A DNA stretch of 64,000 bases from the IMG/VR virus record IMGVR_UViG_3300028549_001457, positions 1 through 64,000 of that record; one strand, 5' to 3'. Below are positions 56,774-64,000 of the stretch, piece after piece (the stretch's first letter is position 1; every line of letters begins with the position of its first letter). This stretch comes from a virus. Lineage: Duplodnaviria; Caudoviricetes. Below the pieces are notes generated by a model. It worked only from the letters and a program-made list of their open reading frames with translations. It was not told the origin of the DNA and did no database searches. The translations under genes and the position numbers were made by a program.

Positions 56774-57544
56774 ATGCTTAAAATTGCCGCCGCCGATAAA
56801 TCTTGGCTACAGCACCTCGTCTTGGCAGAACGCCGCCGCCTTGCTAGCCTTCACCACGCTGCGCTTATCGCTAACACTGAAACCGCTATTCAGGATCATG
56901 AAGGTGATGCTGGCTACGAGGCCGCGTTATCCGATAAGAAGCAGGCTCCTAAGACAGCCGCATTTGGTGGCCCCAATAACCCAAGGGTTGGTCAGAATGA
57001 CCTTGAGACTTTCAATGTTGCTTGTGAGCATGTGGAAGATCAGCATCCAGAAATGGACCCAGCCAAGGTGTTTAATATCCTAAATGCCGTGATGGAGCCC
57101 GGTCTTTCTATTACCGAGCTTCTCACTAAGGCTGATCCCATGCTTCGCACGGCTTCTAAGACTAAGAAAGCTGATGCCGAGAAGGACAACACCGATACAG
57201 CTATTGAAGATCACAAGGGGGACCCCATTTATGAGAACGCACTGGATCCCAAGGTTGGGGGCCGTAAGCGTTCAGGTTTGGTTGATGACGCCAAAGAATT
57301 TGAACAGAATCCAGCAGCCTGGAGGCAGAAGAACCCAGGTCAGTTAGACCCTCCCCCTTCTGAACTAAAATTTTCATCAAAAAAGACCTCCGCTGACCTC
57401 AAGGTGGATGATTCTGGTAATCCCCCCAACACCTCAAAGGCTACCCAGGATCATGACTTTGAACTGAAGGCTCTCGCAGCTCAGGTTCAGAGTATGCTAA
57501 GTGGTAAAACAGCATTTGATCCCAACGATCCCCTTAAGGATTAA
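56774..57544 (+). CDS. Putative internal head protein with NTxTAxxDH repeats
   Basis: AAGGAG RBS before ATG 56774; repeats; C-terminal tag shared with upstream gene. Confidence 0.6.
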   Translation: MLKIAAADKSWLQHLVLAERRRLASLHHAALIANTETAIQDHEGDAGYEAALSDKKQAPKTAAFGGPNNPRVGQNDLETFNVACEHVEDQHPEMDPAKVFNILNAVMEPGLSITELLTKADPMLRTASKTKKADAEKDNTDTAIEDHKGDPIYENALDPKVGGRKRSGLVDDAKEFEQNPAAWRQKNPGQLDPPPSELKFSSKKTSADLKVDDSGNPPNTSKATQDHDFELKALAAQVQSMLSGKTAFDPNDPLKD

Positions 57545-57550
57545 TAAGTC

Positions 57551-57589
57551 TATATTAAAAAGCCCCACTAAGTGGGGCTTTTTAATATA
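57551..57589. terminator. Bidirectional-type intrinsic terminator
   Basis: TATATTAAAAAGCCCCAC / GTGGGGCTTTTTAATATA. Confidence 0.85.
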
Positions 57590-57645
57590 TATAGTTTTCC
57601 TTTTAATGGAGTTTTCATTTTTAACTCCAAGAAAGGAGTTCAGTT

Positions 57646-57846
57646 ATGCAGGTTCTACGATTAGATACAGATATGATTAGAGTTACTGTAAAAGATAACA
57701 CATTTGAGTTGACTCAGGATGAATTAGATCTCCTGTTAGGGCTGTTCATCCCCCTAGCAACACCCAAGGAACGTCATATATTCTCTCTTTTTCAGCGTCT
57801 TTCTCCAGAGGGCATGGAAAGCATGGGTATGCTGTTAAAGCCATGA
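57646..57846 (+). CDS. Hypothetical protein
   Basis: 66-aa ORF with AAGGAG RBS. Confidence 0.6.
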   Translation: MQVLRLDTDMIRVTVKDNTFELTQDELDLLLGLFIPLATPKERHIFSLFQRLSPEGMESMGMLLKP

Positions 57847-57859
57847 CTCCTTTTATTAG

Positions 57860-58246
57860 ATGGGGGACTTTCTAATGGCTTCAATTTTACATGTTAACCA
57901 GATTCCTGATCAGGGCATTATGCGGGTTCGTTTTCGCTGGGATGCTATTGACCCAACTGATGCTGTGCTCACACGTAAACTAGGGGAGCCCAGGGTAGCT
58001 ACTGGTGGGGTTTTTACGGACCCAACTGATTCTACATTTACTTGGCAAGAGCCTGATGGCTATACTCCTTTATTTTCCTTTGGAGCAGCCTTCCTGGAAA
58101 ATGGATATGATTCAACCAAAGACCCGCTAGCCCAAAGACGGGCAACTGTTTGGGGAACTGTTATGAAGGCTAGGTTAGAGGCCTCTCTTCTTAAACTAAG
58201 AGCTGCTGGGGATACATTTTCTCTTGATACCTCTGTTAACATCTAA
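57860..58246 (+). CDS. Hypothetical protein
   Basis: 128-aa ORF; start may be ATG 57875. Confidence 0.65.
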   Translation: MGDFLMASILHVNQIPDQGIMRVRFRWDAIDPTDAVLTRKLGEPRVATGGVFTDPTDSTFTWQEPDGYTPLFSFGAAFLENGYDSTKDPLAQRRATVWGTVMKARLEASLLKLRAAGDTFSLDTSVNI

Positions 58247-58360
58247 TTTGCCTTTAATGTGTGACAGGTTTTTAAAACCTGTAATTACTTCCAATGGCGT
58301 ACCCGCCGACTAAAATTTTTAAATTTGAATCTTTCTTTTAGTTAGGACAGGAGCTTTAAT

Positions 58361-59041
58361 ATGCCACTGGATACTGGATATCTATTCCGCCAAGGGGCAA
58401 ACGGCCAAACCAAAACCGTGACCTCGCAGCGCAACCGAATTTACTCCCCTCACGTTGGACAAACTGGTCTTAGGATTATTGGCGTCCTAGGTGACTTTAA
58501 GGTTAATGAGAGCCGTAAGATTGATACTGTTCGTGGTATTGGTTTTGGGGATCAGATTGCCGAGTTGGTTCCCGGAAACACGGATGCCACCAAGATCTCA
58601 GTTACTCGTACGGCCCTGTATCTCCAGAACCTCATGCAGACTTTTGGGTATAAGGCAGGCTCCTCGGGCCTTGTTCGCTCTCTTAAACATCACAAGTGGC
58701 CCTTTGACATCCGTCAGGAAATTGTTTTCTCCGAGATTGCTTCTGAGGCACAGGATGCTGGGCAGTCCCAAAGGTGGGCTCCTGAGAACCCTGAGGGTGG
58801 TTTAAATAACACGGGTGATACAGGTGATATCCGTGCGATTTTCACGATCTTTGAGGGATGCTGGATGGATTCTTATGACTACACATTTAATAATGAAAAC
58901 GTGGTTGTCACTGAGAATTGCGGCATTCAGGTCAGTGACATCTTTGATGGTAATGACTCTGTCTATGGCATGTTCCTAGACAGCGGAAACAATAAATCTG
59001 ATGCAACAGGTCGTTCCATGAGATTCTCCGGGAATAACTAA
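58361..59041 (+). CDS. Tail tube protein
   Basis: IGVLGDF...ESR....RGIG...I.ELVPG...ISV.RTALY...SLKH...PFDIRQE...FEGCW...Y; AGGAG RBS; terminator after. Confidence 0.78.
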   Translation: MPLDTGYLFRQGANGQTKTVTSQRNRIYSPHVGQTGLRIIGVLGDFKVNESRKIDTVRGIGFGDQIAELVPGNTDATKISVTRTALYLQNLMQTFGYKAGSSGLVRSLKHHKWPFDIRQEIVFSEIASEAQDAGQSQRWAPENPEGGLNNTGDTGDIRAIFTIFEGCWMDSYDYTFNNENVVVTENCGIQVSDIFDGNDSVYGMFLDSGNNKSDATGRSMRFSGNN

Positions 59042-59061
59042 GTCTAACGTAATGTTTCATA

Positions 59062-59089
59062 AAAAAGAGGGGCTTAGGCCCCTCTTTTT
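59062..59089. terminator. Intrinsic terminator after tail tube
   Basis: AAAAAGAGGGGC / GCCCCTCTTTTT. Confidence 0.85.
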
Positions 59090-59109
59090 ATCTTAGGTAG
59101 GGGGTTTTT

Positions 59110-59469
59110 ATGACTGTCAAGACTTTATGCTCTTCCGTGGTAGGGCTTTTAGGGGCTATCCTGGATGTCTTCAAGAAACTAGTTTCTCTTAGGCCCATTG
59201 AATACTTTAAGGGTCTCACTAATAAGAACAACCCTCATTCATCCCATCGATTTGTAAATCTCATTTGGGGGTGTGGTTCCTTCTTTATGTTTTGGGCAAT
59301 TAGCTTTATCCAGGTTACCCGAGACGTAGCTTTTAGATTTGGGGCTTTAGAGTATACCTTTATTGGTGCAATGGCTGGTATTAGCACCATATCTGCGATT
59401 GTGTCCAAGAAGAAGGATCAACCCAAAACCCCTTGTTCAGATACTGTTGCTTCTGAGGATGACAAGTAA
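59110..59469 (+). CDS. Small membrane protein, possible holin
   Basis: Two to three hydrophobic segments, SSHRF motif, charged C-terminus. Confidence 0.45.
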   Translation: MTVKTLCSSVVGLLGAILDVFKKLVSLRPIEYFKGLTNKNNPHSSHRFVNLIWGCGSFFMFWAISFIQVTRDVAFRFGALEYTFIGAMAGISTISAIVSKKKDQPKTPCSDTVASEDDK

Positions 59470-61222
59470 TTTTTTCGGTATATTGATAGAGAGGTTGTTT
59501 AACTTGTTCATACAGCCAGAGTGTCAAGAGTTATCTTTTGAGACAGCAGGACTCACTTGGTATCTAAAAAACCGTCCCTTTTTTGAGACAGCAACCTTTT
59601 TAGCTGATCATCAAGGTGATCTAATACTGAGTAAAATAGCGGCTAAGGTCTCGGGGGTGTCTGGTGGGTCCTCCAGACATCAGCTTTCTCCAGAACAAGC
59701 TCGGTTGGTTATTTCTAAGCTAACAGCACCTCAGCTCATGGAACTGGATTTAAAATTTAAAAAAGCCGTTACTAAATTCATAAAGAGAGATCTTTCGTTT
59801 GTTGTACCGGCTCCATTAGGGCTTCCTCATTGGAAGCAGCCTCTGGCCGCTAAGGATCGCCTTTCTTCCGAGAACAGAGGTCTTCTGGATCATGCCATAC
59901 AGAAGGCTCATCATGAGCTACGCAACCCCGATCTAGCTAAATCTAGAGCACTATCTAACTTTGAGACTGTACAGCGAGGTTTAGTTAAAGCAAAGCAAGA
60001 GGAGGCAGATCGCCAAGAGGATCCAACACGGGCGTATGGAGATCTCTACCCAATGAGTGATCAATCTTCGCCTTCGCCCCTTAAGCACACCCAGGAGGTT
60101 AAAGAGCGTTTGTTCGTGTTATCGGATACACTTCAGCTTCTCTGGCCGATTATTTCCAGTAATCTCTTAACACTTCATGGGACCTGGGCGGGGAACTCTG
60201 TTGCGCTACGCTATGTGAGCAAGAAGGAAATTCTAGCTTTAAACCAAATGGTTTCTACGCAGTCTGTTAGGGAGCGGTTATTTTGTGCAATGTCTATTGT
60301 TTCCATAAATGATACGTGGTGTCTATCATCATCTACTCATGTAAACCCTCTGGCACTCAGCGTGGTAGATAGCTGGGCTGAGGAAGACCTATCAAGATTT
60401 TATGATATCTTTTCAGGTATTCGATCCTTCGCAGAATCTCTAATGCCCTATATTGAAGCTCTGCCCTTTACTAAGCTTTTTAGAGATTTCTGGGACCTTA
60501 ATCGTGGTAGGGATAGGTGGTGGCAAGAATGCTACACAGGTGTCCCAGGGACAGGGACACTTCCCCCCTCTGAGCACATTGATCTTTTCTCCCAGGAATG
60601 TCTCCTTGATGAAACAGCGGTTGGGAAGATTGAGGCCGATGATACTCTTTCTTTCCAAGTAGCTGGTATGAGTCATGAATTAGCTCAGGGGATTCAGAAG
60701 AAAAACACTGAGTTAGTTGAGGCCAGAGGCCTGCAGATTAATTATATGTTGTTCAATGAGGTGCCTGAAATTAAGGAAACGCAGGAGGGCGTCCTAGCTC
60801 TTCCCGGAGAGACCAGTAGGGATGAGATCATCTCCGTTGCTCAGGATATGCTTCAGGGTAAGATGGATTTCCACGATACTATGTTAGCTGTTATGCGCCA
60901 GCGCAAGGAGGCCATGCAAACAACCTCCTTCGCGCCCCCTGAGCCCCTTCCAGCCCCTGCAAGTGATGCTGACGCCTACGAGGGTGGGTCCCATTATGCA
61001 ACGTCTCAGGAAATCCAGGAGATGCATCGAGCTTCCACTGCACATAGGGTGGCTGTGGATAACATCACTCTGGCGTTCTCTCAGGATGTTGTTGAAAATA
61101 TTGCTAAGGCTAGGAAACGAAGCCTTCTCATCCAGGGCGTAGATCCCTACCACGAAAGGGACGAATCTGAGGACCTTGGGAGGGCCTCGTTGATTAGTAG
61201 GGATAAGTCCTATAGAGAATGA
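59459..61222 (+). CDS. Hypothetical, possibly tail-assembly-chaperone-related
   Basis: GAGG RBS before ATG 59459; position between tube and tape measure genes. Confidence 0.5.
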   Translation: MTSNFFGILIERLFNLFIQPECQELSFETAGLTWYLKNRPFFETATFLADHQGDLILSKIAAKVSGVSGGSSRHQLSPEQARLVISKLTAPQLMELDLKFKKAVTKFIKRDLSFVVPAPLGLPHWKQPLAAKDRLSSENRGLLDHAIQKAHHELRNPDLAKSRALSNFETVQRGLVKAKQEEADRQEDPTRAYGDLYPMSDQSSPSPLKHTQEVKERLFVLSDTLQLLWPIISSNLLTLHGTWAGNSVALRYVSKKEILALNQMVSTQSVRERLFCAMSIVSINDTWCLSSSTHVNPLALSVVDSWAEEDLSRFYDIFSGIRSFAESLMPYIEALPFTKLFRDFWDLNRGRDRWWQECYTGVPGTGTLPPSEHIDLFSQECLLDETAVGKIEADDTLSFQVAGMSHELAQGIQKKNTELVEARGLQINYMLFNEVPEIKETQEGVLALPGETSRDEIISVAQDMLQGKMDFHDTMLAVMRQRKEAMQTTSFAPPEPLPAPASDADAYEGGSHYATSQEIQEMHRASTAHRVAVDNITLAFSQDVVENIAKARKRSLLIQGVDPYHERDESEDLGRASLISRDKSYRE

Positions 61223-61258
61223 ATTCCTTAACCGCCTTTTTACAGGGAGACTACTTAA

Positions 61259-61927
61259 ATGGATCGCACCGTTTCTTTGCCCATGGATCTTTTGGAGACC
61301 TTGGAACAGCATTTACACGCAGGTATGGATTCCACCAAGCTCTTTGAGGTGGCCCCTGGATTTTCTGTAGCATTTAGAACCCTTACAGGGGAGGAAGAGA
61401 TTGAGTGCAGAACTTCCGCCGCTGAATTTAGGGGACCCGCGTATATTTACACGTATAAGACAAAAGTCCTCTCCAATGTTCTTTGCCAGCTTAACGATAT
61501 TAAGCTACCCCCAAGTGCTACAATTAAGATGCCCAAGAAGCGCACAGATGATCTAGGTAGGGTGGAGGAGATTCTTACAGACGTCCCCCTAGCATCTCAT
61601 CTAGAGGGGATCATTCTCACCTGGAGTAAGGGCCTCATTGACATTTGCTTTAAGCTTTGGTCAAAGCATCAAGAAGAGCAGCTCTATAAGTATATCGCTC
61701 CGTTTAACCAGGATGATCTCTTTACGGTTGAAGAGAAAATGCTAGCTAAAGAATATGAACAACTTCTAAATGAGAATAACTCTGCAACGGCTGCTATGAC
61801 ACCCTCTGAATTAGTGGTTGCTGTTCAGAACACGACCCCCGGCTCAGACCTCGTTAAAATTGGGGCTCAGGTAACCAAGCATGTAGACCCTCATATTGAT
61901 TTTAGTGAAGAGGCTGAAGAGAAATAG
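61259..61927 (+). CDS. Putative tail assembly chaperone
   Basis: FRTLTGEEE...Y...K..VLS..L..LN..L; directly upstream of tape measure. Confidence 0.55.
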   Translation: MDRTVSLPMDLLETLEQHLHAGMDSTKLFEVAPGFSVAFRTLTGEEEIECRTSAAEFRGPAYIYTYKTKVLSNVLCQLNDIKLPPSATIKMPKKRTDDLGRVEEILTDVPLASHLEGIILTWSKGLIDICFKLWSKHQEEQLYKYIAPFNQDDLFTVEEKMLAKEYEQLLNENNSATAAMTPSELVVAVQNTTPGSDLVKIGAQVTKHVDPHIDFSEEAEEK

Positions 61928-61968
61928 TCAGCACGGCATAAATTTAACACCTTTATTGGGATTTAGCT

Positions 61969-64000
61969 GTGGCTGATGGACCTGATATTACTAGAGTTAC
62001 AAGCGATGTGGCCTCTCTTTCGACAGCGGTAGGAGGGGTTATATCGCAATTGGGTCTCTTAGAGGCTCAGATGTCTGCAATTGCAGGGTCTTTCACTAAA
62101 TTTTCAACGACTACTGAAAATGCTTTCAAAACTATTGGGAAAATGTCCAAGGGGCTTACGGGGGTCGGCACCGAGTCCAAAAAGACTAAGAAGGTCTTAG
62201 AGCAAACCTGGGTTGATATTATTGATGATGACATCGTTAAAGCTCTAGACAAACAGCTCAAAGCCATCGACAGGCTTACGGTAGGGACCAAGGAATTTAG
62301 TGAAAATCTAGAGACTATCTCAAAGCAGGGCTCAGAGTTTGAAATTATTGACTCAGCAGATTTAAACCAGCAATTAAATGCTTTACAAGCCATTGATAAA
62401 AAGCTCAATCAAGTTGCTGGCAATATTAATAAAATGGCTTCATCTAAGATCGGCCTATCTATCCAAGATAGCGGGGCTGCTGTTAAAGAAATCAACTCAA
62501 TCATGGGTCAAATGGAGGCCCTTAAACTCCAGGCGGGTGTTGCACGTAGGTCCCTGGAGAGTTCGTTTGATATTGACACGGATCCATTTGTTAAAAAATT
62601 GAAAGAACTTAATCCGGCATTCTCAGCAGAATTCACCAAAATTAGAGACAGTGCTGCTACAAACGCGGCTGAGTTGCGGAAGCTCTATGCGACCAGTATG
62701 GTCCCAGAGTTAAGCGCCGAAGACGTTCATAAACTTTCGGGTGGGAGCAACATTGACCCCAAACATTATCAGCAAGCTCTGCAGGCTCAGGTAGCTGCTG
62801 GGGGTGCTGATGATGTATCCGCCCAACTACAGAAAGCAGGCAAGAGCCTCACAACAGTGTTTGACCCCTCCGCTACTGAGGAGCAAAAGAAACAGATTCA
62901 AGCCTGCCTGGAGTTAATGGAGCTTGAAAATACTAGTCTAGAGCAAGCTATCGCGTCCCAAATGCTACTCAATTCAGCTACAAGTAAGCTTCCCGAGATT
63001 CATGAGCGTTCTGTAAAAGCCATGACGCAGGAGAAGAAGCTAGCTTCCGATATTGCTAAAGCCAAGATAGAGCAGGCCGGGAAAGGTGGCATAGGTGCTA
63101 TATTAGGAGGGTTCAGCGAGGGTGGTTTCCGAGGCGGGATGTCCGCTATGGCACACTCGGTTGAAAATAAACGAAGGGCCATCTTATCCTCCGGGCTTAG
63201 TACCGATGAGAAATCTGCCGAGATGCGGAAAGCTGGGTATAAAGTAACCACGAATGATAGGGGTGAAACGTCCTACAAAGCAAATTTCATGACTTCCATG
63301 AAACAGGGCATTTCTCAGTTAGCGAATAGGGGTGCGGGGAGTCTTATCAAAGGTGAGGGTGCCGAGGCATTCAGTGGCCTTATAAGGGGCGCTCAGGGCG
63401 CGGAGGCTGGTTTAGGGGCTGTTGGTGGTGCTGCAGAAGGGGCTGGCCTTGCAGCCGAAGGAGCCGGTGCTGGAATGAGTGGAGCTGGCGCTGCAGTGGG
63501 TACTTTTGGCGCTGTGCTTGGTGTTGCGGCTGGAGCTGTTGTAGGTATTATTGCTATATTTAAAATTTTTGCGGCTGTAATGGACCATGCCGCTAAGAAT
63601 TACAGAGAAGTTAAACAAGTTGGAGGTGTCTCCGGGATGTTAGGTCGAAGGGATCTAGGAGGAGCCATAAATTTAAAAGAAGATGCTGCAGCATTTAGGA
63701 AAAATTTAGTTAAGGGTGGTGGGAGTGCTCTACAGCCTTCATTATCACAAGATGGTTTCTACATGCTTGTTGAGAAGAAACTAGAGGTTTTGGGTGCTGC
63801 CCAACAAGCTGGCCTTAGTGGGGCAACCTTTCAGGAAGATGTTAATAGGAAAAACAAGAAGGGTGACTTCGGAAGTATTGATGCTGAAGAGTATAGTGTG
63901 ACCGCTAAATACCTACAGACTGCTGCAGAAGCCGCAGAGTTGCTTGGTAAGGACCTAAAAGAAGCTGCAAATGAAGTTGCAACTCTTCACGAAGAGCTGT
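61969..64000 (+). CDS. Tape measure protein, 5' part (runs off the window; not in ORF track)
   Basis: Manual translation from GTG 61969 (MADGPDITRVTSDVASL...) stays open to the edge; Ala/Gly-rich, helical, one hydrophobic segment. Confidence 0.8.
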   Translation, partial: MADGPDITRVTSDVASLSTAVGGVISQLGLLEAQMSAIAGSFTKFSTTTENAFKTIGKMSKGLTGVGTESKKTKKVLEQTWVDIIDDDIVKALDKQLKAIDRLTVGTKEFSENLETISKQGSEFEIIDSADLNQQLNALQAIDKKLNQVAGNINKMASSKIGLSIQDSGAAVKEINSIMGQMEALKLQAGVARRSLESSFDIDTDPFVKKLKELNPAFSAEFTKIRDSAATNAAELRKLYATSMVPELSAEDVHKLSGGSNIDPKHYQQALQAQVAAGGADDVSAQLQKAGKSLTTVFDPSATEEQKKQIQACLELMELENTSLEQAIASQMLLNSATSKLPEIHERSVKAMTQEKKLASDIAKAKIEQAGKGGIGAILGGFSEGGFRGGMSAMAHSVENKRRAILSSGLSTDEKSAEMRKAGYKVTTNDRGETSYKANFMTSMKQGISQLANRGAGSLIKGEGAEAFSGLIRGAQGAEAGLGAVGGAAEGAGLAAEGAGAGMSGAGAAVGTFGAVLGVAAGAVVGIIAIFKIFAAVMDHAAKNYREVKQVGGVSGMLGRRDLGGAINLKEDAAAFRKNLVKGGGSALQPSLSQDGFYMLVEKKLEVLGAAQQAGLSGATFQEDVNRKNKKGDFGSIDAEEYSVTAKYLQTAAEAAELLGKDLKEAANEVATLHEEL

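Noticed and set aside
59459-61968. Programmed -1 frameshift in tail assembly chaperone genes
   Set aside because: No convincing slippery heptamer or overlapping extension frame found by eye
563-63618. Many antisense or nested ORFs in the track (e.g. 563-859, 4052-4552, 6181-6750, 38396-38743, 60884-61312)
   Set aside because: They overlap well-supported + strand genes and lack RBS or motifs; treated as shadow ORFs
1-64000. Stop-codon reassignment (TAG/TGA recoding)
   Set aside because: Long genes read through in the standard code, and TAG/TGA ends are followed by new RBS/starts or terminators
1-64000. tRNA genes, terminase, portal, integrase
   Set aside because: None recognised in this window; they may lie elsewhere in the genome

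Overview
This window looks like part of a large contractile-tailed (myovirus-type) bacteriophage genome, standard genetic code, almost all on the + strand. About 29.9-64 kb is the virion module: prohead protease, scaffold-like protein, capsid decoration protein, major capsid protein, neck proteins, an actin-fold ATPase, tail sheath, tail tube, chaperone-like genes and the 5' part of a tape measure gene. It is interrupted by a LAGLIDADG endonuclease, a GNAT-IbrA-IbrB cassette and a split Vsr-like endonuclease. About 0-29.9 kb is accessory: STAS anti-anti-sigma protein, bacteriohemerythrin, two beta-propeller lipoproteins, HNH and BRO proteins, an intein-containing metallophosphoesterase, an Ntn-type peptidase, an orphan RAMP/Cas7-like gene plus partner, a nucleotide/ADP-ribose-handling cluster, a GT9 glycosyltransferase and a YfiR-like + TonB-dependent receptor pair. 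The host-like genes resemble Holophagae (Geothrix/Holophaga) proteins as I recall them, which is inference only. Two recurrent promoter-like motifs, many intrinsic terminators, a candidate pseudoknot and a shared N-terminal motif on putative virion cargo proteins are visible. No terminase, portal, tRNA or CRISPR array was seen. All protein calls are by-eye motif recognition; no searches were run.
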